64,000 nucleotides of DNA, taken from positions 79,608,001 to 79,672,000 of the forward strand of contig OX597827.1 in assembly GCA_951406725.2 (NCBI GenBank). The letters are read 5' to 3'. Below the pieces are notes generated by a model. That model worked only from the letters and a program-made list of their open reading frames with translations. It made no database searches and was not told the origin of the DNA. Position numbers and translations under genes: made by a program. This DNA comes from Octopus vulgaris. Its lineage: Eukaryota. Within the stretch, counting starts at the first letter, position 1; every line of letters begins with the position of its first letter. Below, piece by piece: positions 53,641 through 64,000 of the stretch.

Positions 53641-53947
53641 TCTTTATATATAAAATTGAAGTTGTGCGTGTGAGACTCTGTCTCCTCTGATTTAGATTCC
53701 TAACTACTCCCACATTTTGTGGTGCAGTTTAACCAAAAGCGGGTATTTTATAGTCGTCATTCATATCGAGCCCTTCTGGGTATTAGCGCACGTCTACGAT
53801 GAGTCTATGATTTAAAAAAAAATTTACCATCATTTTTCCGCATTTTTAATTATTTTTGCTTGTATTATATAAGGAAAGTAACTCTCTAAAAATGCTTATA
53901 TAGTTATTTCCCTTACAAACCCGAGCAACGCTGAGCGATACTGCTAG
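53641..53947 (+). mobile_element. Non-autonomous Helitron
   Basis: A|TCTTTATATATAAA start, subterminal CCCGAGCAACGCTGAG hairpin-like motif, CTAG|T end, no TSD. Confidence 0.75.
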
Positions 53948-54050
53948 TCTAATATATAAACCTCTTTCTGTCTGTCTGTTTGTGTGCTAATAACTCTCTA
54001 ATATATAAATCCCTTTCTGTCTGAATGTTTGTGTGCTTATAACTCAGGTA

Positions 54051-54315
54051 TTGTTCATCTGATCGCACTGAAATTTTAAACATGGATACATAAGAGAGTG
54101 GGACGTTCTGTAAAGTAAAAAGATTTTCAAAATTATCAGCTTCAAAGTGAGAATTGCTATTTTTGTAATCTTTTTGTTCGGTTTCTTCTGCCATTGTTCA
54201 TCCAATCGTGCTGAAATTTTAAACATGGATACATGGGAGAGTGGAGCATTTCATAATCTAAAATGATTTTCAGAATTGTCAGTTTCAAAGTGAGAATCGC
54301 TAATTTTGTAATGTT
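54051..54315. repeat. Tandem repeat with unit of about 143 bp, about 1.8 copies; rearranged relative at 53203-53450
   Basis: TTGTTCATC..CTGAAATTTTAAACATGGATACAT starts at 54051 and again at 54194. Confidence 0.8.
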
Positions 54316-56052
54316 TGCCTGTCCATCAGATGATTAAAACTTCTATTTTTATTCGAAACTACTGTTATATATCTCGTTGTTCTTATCACTACGTCAGTGA
54401 AAATCAAAATAGAATACTTAAAGCAACAATCATCAAATACAAAAGTCAAGGTCTATGCAGTGTAATGGGCCCAAAAAATTTCCAACTTCTTGCCTAATGC
54501 ATGCCCAGAGCAATCTCTTATCTCTTACACTATTTCAGTATTACGTCTGTATTGTAATGTGAGATAATACTTTCACTTTGAAAACCATGGTAGTGGTTGA
54601 ATATATTCTTAAGTCCACCATTTCGTCAATTGCAGCAGCTTCCTAGCTTCACCACTAATTCATTTCTCAACGAAATTGCAAACTGTTAATAGTTTTAAAG
54701 AGGACACCTCCTCAGCTACACTTTGGCATAAATCGTTTGAGATTTGGTTCAGTAGAAAAAAAAGTTGCATCAAAATATCTGCAACTTCAAGTGGGGCAAT
54801 AATGCAGATATTCATCCTTAATTAACATAAATTTTAAATTAAAAGTATACTTTTCTCAGGCTTAAATAACAGAAAAATTCAGAGTTTTTAGTCGAATTGA
54901 ACAAAAATTGGTAGAAAAACAGTTATGAAGTAAATATGAAATTTAATGTCAGAAAGTAAGGAAGTAACACTTAAGCAATAACAATAAAGAATATATTTCT
55001 AAAATGAATACTTATTTCCTAAGGCAGTGAGCTGGCAGAAATGTTATCGCTCTGGACGAAATGCTTAATAGTATTTCATCTGTCTTTACATTTTGAGTTC
55101 AAATTTCGCCGAGGTCGACTTTGACGTACAGATTAAAAAATTTTTTTTTAACTAAACATTTTCAAACTTCCGATACTGGTAGAGTCTGTCACATAGAACA
55201 GGAGTTACTCTTGACGTTTTTGACAAAATTTTGTATTTTAGAAGTTATTTAGTCAGAATTTACAGAGTGACAATAGACAAATTCGTGTTTGGTAAGTGCC
55301 AATACACGAAACTCTCAGCTTTTGACTTACTCTCAAACGTCTGCTGATGATATATATACATATTACATATATGTGTAAAAGAAATCTCATCACGCAATTG
55401 AACCAATGAAAGAGACTCTACCTGGTCTCGCGACACGCTAAAAATCAGCCAAACTATCCCCTACCTGAATCACGTGCCCATTGTATGTAATGTCCTAGAT
55501 TATCCTTAAAAAGACGGCTGGAATGTCTTTGACGATAGCTTTGCAGTATCAGGGTGGATTTGAGGCTAAATAATAACATTATGGGAAATTTTTATATTTT
55601 CACGATTTTCACTAAGAAAAGAAAAAACAACAAAAAATATGATTTTTTTGTGTGGAATCAAGTACCATGCCCTCCTAATATGCTGCAAATCCATTATTCC
55701 CGGAATCACTGGAAAATTTTCTTCGTTGAATGTATTTCTGTGACCTCCAAATATTGCAAAATTAGGTTACTTAAGGTGAGCTTGGTAACTGATGGTTTTG
55801 GGGTCTTGTTTGTAACTTTTGGTGAGCCATGATGCAACCAACAACACGGTAAAAATCCCTGCCATTAATTTGGTGGGGATGGGTAATATCAAATAATTCA
55901 ATCACAATATATATTTAAATTAAACATGAAAAAAAATTGAAATATTATCATCACTTACATGGAAAAATTGAAATATCTTTCAGTACTTTATAACGTAAAA
56001 TCTTAAATTACTAATTATCTTATAATAGCAATGCCTGGAAAAATCATGGATA

Positions 56053-56557
56053 ACATGGAAAAATGCGAGCATGAAAAGTAATATCCTTAAGATTATAAAC
56101 CCGGAAAAGTAGAGGACTAGTTATTACACCTGTAAAGGTATAGGGCAAGCTATTACTTCTAGTAAAAAAAGAAGCATTTTACTTAAAATATTGCAGCTAA
56201 AATTAAAGTTTGAATATTAAAACTTATTTTATTATAGTTTTCAAATAACACTTTACTTATTTAAGTAGAAATTGGATAATTTACTACCTTAAATACAGAA
56301 AGTGACTAATTAGACAAACTTACAAATTAGCTGAACAGTTTTGTACAATAAATTTAAAATATGAGAACTGTAAAGAGTGATAAATTAGAAGAACTGGCAT
56401 TCTTTGCTGCAATATTTTAAGTAAAAAGTTTCTTATTCCTTACTTTACTAGAAGTGATGGCTTGTTCTATACTTTTCCATGTGTAATAACTTGTCCTGTA
56501 CTTTTCCAGGTTTATAATCTTAAGAATATTACTTCTCCTGCTCGCATTTTTCCATGT
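56053..56557. mobile_element. MITE-like element with about 145-bp imperfect inverted repeats
   Basis: CATGGAAAAATGCGAGCA..TTTTACTTAAAATATTGCAGC pairs with GCTGCAATATTTTAAGTAAAA..TGCTCGCATTTTTCCATG. Confidence 0.8.
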
Positions 56558-56558
56558 A

Positions 56559-56598
<40 letters not shown>

Positions 56599-57128
56599 CT
56601 TATGCATTCCGAAACCGAGTAACCGATTTTGACGTATGGGGTATCAAAAGATTCAGTACAATTTCGGCTACAAATTAAATTTAATTTCCATTCACATATT
56701 TGCATTTCAAAAAAATTAACAATACAATCTTTTCCATAAATCAACTATTGTAAACATTTTATAGGTTGACGTCACAATTTCTATGTGTGTAAGACATCAA
56801 TCACGACAATCACCTTCACTCACTCTCTCTCTCTCACACACACACGTCCATACATCTTTCACTCTGTCCTTTTCGTTTTCTCTTCTTTCAAATTTTTACG
56901 GAATGAGCGGGAAAACTACATAATGAGCCACCTCAGCAAAATTGCGTGTTAGTGTCTGTTGACTGACATAACGAACGGCTGGAGGTGAAACTCTTGACAA
57001 AAAACAATGAGGTGGCAAGTCCAAGGTATATAAAAATACACATTTACCGTTTAATTACCAGTTAATAATTATCGCAGCAGTTGCAAGGTATTTACAGTTA
57101 CATATTTACCCTTAAATTAACATTTATA

Positions 57129-57880
57129 TCTATCTATATATAAAGAAATTTATTTATAATAATTAGCAGTTCATACATGTGCTATTTGGTTAATTTATAC
57201 TGTATGCAAAAATAAAAACATACTACATTCATACAACTGCTTACAAAAATAGGGATTAATGTATAATTTCTTTCTATGTTCATAATTTATTGCTTACAAT
57301 ATTGGGAAAAATAGGCCACCAAAGAAAGGAGGAAATCTCTCCATAAAGCAAGGAGGATTGTAGGAAACCGAAGGCGGGAGTCTGAAGAGAGAAGCGAGAT
57401 GAGATTTTCTCAACATTAGCAGATGCATGTTGCAGCACTTAATGCTGGGTCATTAAATCAATGTTTTAATGATTAGACAGAGGTCCAGTAGAATAGCTCT
57501 TAGGAACAGACTATGTACAAAATCGTTCTTCACAACTCCTGAAGCTGTTTTCAGATATGATCCATCCCATTATAAAAATGATAACTCTGTCCAAATTGGT
57601 GTGCTAAACAGAAATTGTCGTTTCTGCTACAAAAGAGAGTATATCCAATGACAGCTTCTCAGTGCATTCAAAAATCACATAACCCCCACAGGTTGGGGCC
57701 TGAAATACCCTAAATGGACTCATAGCATGTTGCTTAGTCGAATTAGCCCATCATCTACCCCACAAAATGTTTCGTTGTCTATGTTTCACTTTCCCATATC
57801 ACCTGTTTCAACATAACTGTAATATATTATATACAAACTATGCCATTTTAATCCCAAGCAACACCCGGTATCTCTGCTAG
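57129..57880 (+). mobile_element. Internally deleted Helitron with RepHel N-terminal remnant
   Basis: A|TCTATCTATATATAAA start. AVFRYDPSHYKNDNSVQIGVLNRNCRFC resembles the RepHel N-terminal YDP..IG..CxxC region. Ends CCCAAGCAACACCCGGTATCTCTGCTAG|T. Confidence 0.65.
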
Positions 57881-58181
57881 TGTGTGTGTGTATATGTATA
57901 TCTATCTATATATACACACACACACTAGCAGAGATACCGGGTGTTGCTTGGGATTAAAATGGCATAGTTTGTATATAATATATTACAGTTATGTTGAAAC
58001 AGGTGATATGGGAAAGTGAAACATAGACAACGAAACATTTTGTGGGGTAGATGATGGGCTAATTCGACTAAGCAACATGCTATGAGTCCATTTAGGGTAT
58101 TTCAGGCCCCAACCTGTGGGGGTTATGTGATTTTTGAATGCACTGAGAAGCTGTCATTGGATATACTCTCTTTTGCAGCAG
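57624..58181. repeat. Near-perfect palindrome, arms about 272 bp, loop about 14 nt
   Basis: 57624-57895 is the reverse complement of 57910-58181; only one mismatch noticed, near the outer end. Confidence 0.95.
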
Positions 58182-58508
58182 TCGGCGCTGTGTCTAACAC
58201 GACCCATCATCTCAAATTTTGACACCTCTTTCGGGTTTGTTGCCCTACATCATATCATAAAGTAAATTTGGAGGAACTGTGGTTGTTCATTTGTGGGTAA
58301 CAGGGAACCAATGAGGTGATAGACTTGCCCTTAACTATATATATATATATATAGTGAAGGCGCATGGCTCAGTGTATATAGTGTCAGGCTCACAATCATG
58401 AGGTAGTGAATTCGATTCCTGAATTGGGTTCTTTGTTGTGTTCTTGAAGATCAGTTGACTTAGTTGTTGAAATGGTGTCACTGATGTCAAATATTACTTG
58501 GGCAAGAA

Positions 58509-58987
58509 TTCCGCCCGTCCCCCCACAAAACTACCCTTTTAAAAAATTTTTTCGACCCCGCCTTTTGGCTACGAAGAATACGAATCTGCAAAAGAATTGG
58601 CAAAAGTCGGCATTTTTAAATTATCACCCCCACCCCAATTTCCTTCATTTTCTACTTTTTTTCAAAATTATGATTCTGAATAAAATTTCCAAAAAGTTTT
58701 GTAAAATTTTTTTTTTAAGAATATTTTTTCCTAAATATGCGGAAAAATACGGACATTATGATTCGGACAAAAATTTCAAAACTTATCTGTAGTTGGGGTT
58801 TTAGGGCTAGGGTTCCGGTTAAGTGTTGGGGAAAAAAGTCAAAATTGAAGAATTTGGGTGGGGTGGAATTTAACAATGCCGATTTTTGGCAATTTTCCGG
58901 AACTTCCGTATCCGAAAACGGAGGTTTTTGGCAAAAAAAATGTTTTTTTAATAAACAAATTAGGGAGAAAATGGGTGGGGACGGAAG
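58509..58987. mobile_element. MITE-like element with diverged long inverted repeats and internal TTAGGG-like units
   Basis: CGTCCCC..AATTGGCAAAAGTCGGCATT..CACCCC pairs with GGGGTG..AATGCCGATTTTTGGCAATT..GGGGACG. Confidence 0.65.
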
Positions 58988-60499
58988 TCTTTCCATTTCT
59001 TGTCATAAAAGAAACATCTTGTTGAAGTAGAACATTGAAGTATATATGACGTCAATAAAAACGTTTATTTAATTTTTTATTTTATCCAAAGAATCTTATG
59101 CTATACTGAAAATGTCACAATAGAAAATGTAATTATTAAATAATTTGAAGGTATTTTCTACCATTTTACACCCCCCCCCATCATCTCTTTATTTTTAATG
59201 TAGTTGAAAATGTCTAAAAACTTTTTGAAGTTAATGTTTTAATCCTCATTATTTTCTTTGGGTATTTTCTCAGAGTTGATTGAATTTGGCGAAAATATCT
59301 ACATGCTGTGTAATTTGTTCCTTGCTTTGTCTTCAACATATAAATACTCACCCCTGCGTGCAAACACACACACCTTCCATCTCCAACCCCTTATGTTATT
59401 GTATCTCTATAGGTTTATCATTTTACAGGTATACACACACACACACACATGCACTTATATACATATATACTTATATATATCAGTGATTGTGTGTATACAC
59501 ACTTGGCTCATTAAAACCGTACATAGTAGTCTCAGTAAATATGAGAAGCGGTATTGTATATACATATGTACTACTAATGGAGAAGAAAGCTTTAATTAAA
59601 AATATTTCATTACAATAGTAGGATTTCATTAATTGTTTCTACAACTTAACCACAAGTTTCAATGACAACTTTTTTCAGAGAGTTTTGTGAGTCAGTCAAA
59701 TGAATAATCATGGATCAATACCAAAGAGTTGGGGTGAAACTTTTATTGATTAGATATTTTTACAGTTTGGTAATGGAAGATTAATTAGATATTATCAATG
59801 GAACAGTCTTTTTCTTTTCAGATGATTATTTATAATCAATAATTTATCCATTAGTGCCCCACCTCAAGAAAACCATATTGTGTGAACTGCTATTCTCTAT
59901 TTTAGTTCAGAATCCTAGTCTTGTCAGTGTATCAGTTATATTTTCATTAGGAAAGGATCAGAAATAGTTTTTGGTTTTGGGAATGAATATCAAGATTTAT
60001 GATTTCACTGGAAAGTCTTATAAAAATTGCCATTAAACGTTTTAAGTTCTATTTGGGTTACAAGTTTGTGGGTGTGTGTTTGTGTGTGTTTGTGTGTGTT
60101 TGCGTGTGTGTGTACGTGTGTGTGTACGTGTGCACACATGTGAAAAGAAGAGAGAGTTTGCCAAACTTGTATTAGGGTCCAATGCTGGTATTGAAGCTGT
60201 TATTGCTGCTACCACTAGAGTTGTTGCTGGCATCACTGCCATTGTTATGTGCTTCTAAGCCAATTGAGCCTGATAAGTCGCCTTATACAGCTAGACCACT
60301 TTATAGTTGTGAAACCAATGGTCACTCTCTGATCAACCAAAACAATCGGCCTTCTAAACACACTCCTGCTTTAACGTTTTATTATTTATGTCAAAAATTT
60401 AAAAGTAGTTTTGATTCTATCGCATTTGAGGTATCGGATAATAAAGAAATGATGAAAGGATATGTTATTTACAGATCCAGTTAAGTAATGCCTTTATTT

Positions 60500-61160
60500 G
60501 AGGAGGAGGGGAAAGCCCCTTCGGTCATAAATGACCATGGGATTGCACCTAGAAAGTTACTCTCCGAGGCACAAGTCCAGGCAAGGTGGTTTGTGGAAGG
60601 CCCGCGGTCACCCATGCATACCAGCTTCCCCTCTCCACACCACTGATGTTATCCAAGGGAAAGGCAAAGGCTGATACAGTTTGGCACCAGCTGAGTTAAC
60701 TGGAGCAATGTGAAATAAAGTGTCTTGCTCAAGAATACAACATACAGCCCGGTTGGGGAATCGAACTCACAACCTCAAGATCATAAGCTCAACGCTCTAA
60801 CCACTGAGCCATGCACCCTCACATGCTTTTATTTAGCTATTAAGTATTGTGTGTGGCTTAGTGGTTAGGTCATGCAGCTCACGATCATAAGGTCATGAGT
60901 TCAATTCCTGGCGACGCATTGTGTCCTTAGCAGGACATTTTAGCTTGCGTTGCTCCAGTCTCCTCAGCTAGCAAAAATGAGTAGTACCTGTATTTCAAAG
61001 GGCCAGCCTTGTCACACTCTGTGCCATGCTGAATCTCCCTGAGAACTATGTTAAGGGTACACATGTCTGTGGAGTGTTCAGCCACTTGCCCGTTAATTTC
61101 ACGAGCAAGCTATTCCGTTGATTGTATCAGCTGGGACCCTCATCGTCATAACTGACATTG
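60500..61160. mobile_element. Two divergently oriented tRNA-derived SINEs (minus about 60500-60822, plus about 60850-61160)
   Basis: A box TGGCTCAGTGG/TGGCTTAGTGG and B box GAGTTCGATTCC/GAGTTCAATTCC; related head at 58358-58425. Confidence 0.75.
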
Positions 61161-64000
61161 TGTGAAATTGGTTCTATTTCTCTACTGGATTGTCACATAA
61201 TCTGCTTGTATAAACATTGTAACCAAGTATTAGCAACCTGGCTAGTAGAACAGAAACTCAGATTATAGAATTGTTTTTCAACATAATGCTGAATTTAAAC
61301 TTTATGCTTAAGCCTAAAACAAGATCTTTTAAATATTTTTTAAAGTATTTAATTATTTTCTTCAGACATTTCAGAGTTCATTTTTAGCACATGTTGTAAA
61401 GCAGGGTTTATTTTTTGATTCATGATAATCCATTTTATTTCAGTATGTAAATACAGCTGAGAGCTTTTTTCCTTGAGTAGAATTGGAAACAAATGCTATT
61501 ACAAATGTTCTTGGTGATATTGACGAGATAAATTGTTCTTTTAATACATATCTATTAAATACTTTGGTTTTTTCAACTAATTTATTCTGTCAAGATTGCA
61601 TTTGACATTTTTGTCTATATTTTCTCTCATTAGAAGACTTCCACCTGCTCAAATTTTGGAAAATGTATCTACTCTCTGAGAACTTATCACTTTGAATAAG
61701 AACTGTTTGGAAATTTATGTTCCTCTGGTGAGCTAACTTTTCAACTTTCATTCTGTAAACAGTAATTTAAAGAATGTCAAAATGGCACATTGATCATGCG
61801 CAATTCAGAATATTTATAGGCATCTTTGCATATACTAATATGAAAATAGTAAAATGTGAGGCACCAACTTTATCATTCAAGTACTGTCTCAGAATACTCT
61901 TGGGTTATTATGAATACTCAAGATAAAATAATGTAATTTATTTTACCTGAATTCTGATAAAATGAATAAGGTAATGAAATAATTCATAACAGATGTTTTG
62001 TAAGGATACAGTATATAATTTGCTTTCTTTGCCCATTGGAATTTTAACTTATGTATCTTGTCTATTTCTTTCTCTTGTAATTCGTTCAATGACAATATGT
62101 GGTAGGTGTGATTTTTAAAAAATATTTAGACAGTATATTCTTTTTTAATGATAGTGCTTCTTTTCCATATAAAATGAGGTGTAATTTAGAATATTATTAC
62201 AATAGATGTAAGAAAATTATTGCTATAAGAGACAGAAACAAAATCGTTTATTTGAATGTGTAAGATTGGGTTGAATCAAGTTGTGCAACTTGTGTGAGAT
62301 CATTTTTCATCTGCAGTTTCATATTATGCCATGATGGAAAACAAAATAAAAGATAACAAATTTGAAAGAATTTCATTTTATAGAATTAAATGGGAAGAGT
62401 TCTTTAAATCTCTATTAAAAGAGAGCATTTGTAGTTAAAAGGCAAAATTTGAAATAATGCTGAGAAAACTCTGTTGGATAATGGTATCGGTAATAGCACC
62501 TTAAAAATACCATAACTATTATTCTCATTAAGACCAAGAACTATTTCTAAAAACCAATTTCGAATTTGTACTAGGAGACTAGAAATCAATTTTTTTCTGT
62601 CTTCTCTTTCCTTCTTCATTTTCCTTTAAATAATTAAGTTGTAATGTTTCTTTGCTATCTCCTGTATATGAATATTTTACTGCCAGCTCACTGGCAAAAC
62701 ATTAATAATGATTCAAGTAAATATTAGTGAATTTGCAGTATGCAATATGGCTTATTGGTTTGTCATGATACTGCCTTAAAGGGGTGATGACACTTTTCAA
62801 GTGTAAATCTTCTAGCTGCCTCGTAATGATTTTTACAGAAATTATATAGTTATTTGGAAAATATGTGGGGGATTTTCTCAAATATTGTTATGAATTAATG
62901 ACATTAAAGAAATTAGATTGTTTATATATTAAACAAAATCAAAAATATATTAAAACTATCAATGATTAGAGATATTTCATATTGTAGCAATCTGAATATT
63001 ATGCCATTTGCCCATGTTTCAGTGATTATTGTAATGATTAGATTAACTTAATTACTGAGTAGATTCACTGCTCTGCCTCTTCATAAATCTTATATTTGTT
63101 ATTTTGTTTAAATCAAGGCTATGCTGGAGTACTACCTTTCATATCTGTGGGAGAAACTATTGTTATTTCACTTAGAATTATAATAATTCCTTAATGAATG
63201 GGTTAATATTAATTAACCAATTACCTTTTTCATTCTTTCTGCAATATTTTGATCAATAAAATATCCTTTAAGATACTGACTCAAAGTTTAAACTTAATAG
63301 AAATTCTCAATCTGTCTGTCTGTCTCTCTTTTTCTCTCTTATACATATTCCTTAGTCTGCATGTCCTTACTAGATTTTCCCTATTTTACTTTAAAAAAAA
63401 GCATATCATTATCGTGTACTGAAATCAAAAAACAAAATTAGAAATTAAATCAATGCAATAGAATTAAAATAAAGAAACTGAATTAAATAAAGTTTTGATT
63501 AAACAAAATATTTGCTTTAGAGTTTTTAACAAGACTATAAAGAGATGTCTCTGAATAATTTTTTCTACTTCTTTGGATTTTGATTATGATTCTTTAAAGT
63601 AATTCTCCAAAATCTAAAGGTATGCATACTTATTGTAAAGAGAGGATTATTATCTCTTACATTTTTAGCAGAACTTTTAGATTTAGATGACTTATTTTCT
63701 TAAATAAATTACTCCTAATTGGAAAGAGTGTTGATCTTCTATTAGAGTTTAAAGTGGACTGCATATAACAGCAAACCAAACAGTGTATCTCTGAACCAAG
63801 CTTCTGCAAATGGTAGGTTTCCAAGTGGATGGGAGCAATAATGAAGCATAGAATCATTCTACATTATTTTACAAGTAGCATCTTAATCTCAAAAGATAAA
63901 TAGTCTTTATTACAGTCATAACTTTCATTGATTTTTAATAATATATTTCAGCAGTCATACATTTTCTGTTCAATTCTTCAGTTGAAGTGTTTGCTTAGGA

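Noticed and set aside
58790-58825. TTAGGG-like units as interstitial telomere
   Set aside because: Only two or three degenerate units, inside a MITE-like element.
60745-60915. tRNA-like sequences (also 58358-58425, 5370-5441, 20347-20410)
   Set aside because: They have A/B boxes but no proper acceptor stem and continue into SINE bodies, so they are not tRNA genes.

Overview
AT-rich, repeat-dense animal genomic DNA. The protocadherin type and SINE/LINE repertoire suggest an octopus (coleoid cephalopod) protocadherin cluster region; this is an inference and no search was run. One apparently intact minus-strand protocadherin can be assembled from splice signals: a large exon (37922-35547) encoding signal peptide, 6 cadherin repeats, TM and proximal tail, plus cytoplasmic exons 27920-27764 and 25375-25329, giving about 859 aa. 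A second, 5'-truncated and frameshifted protocadherin lies on the same strand at about 6520-8010. The rest is decayed mobile DNA: two Gypsy LTR remnants with recognisable tRNA primer sites, CR1, RTE and R4/Dong-like LINEs, three Penelope-like remnants, Helitron derivatives, tRNA-derived SINEs, MITE-like foldbacks and microsatellites. The most notable unannotated signals are a near-complete type I hammerhead ribozyme plus several hammerhead remnants, a near-perfect 558-bp Helitron-derived palindrome, and a Thr/Ala/Pro-rich in-frame insert in a GIY-YIG nuclease. In the protocadherin itself, the notable signals are loss of Ca2+ motifs at the EC3-EC4 junction, a DSGH/YEEI signalling exon and a candidate 42-nt cassette exon. 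All alignments were done by eye. I saw no evidence for a wholly new multi-gene system.
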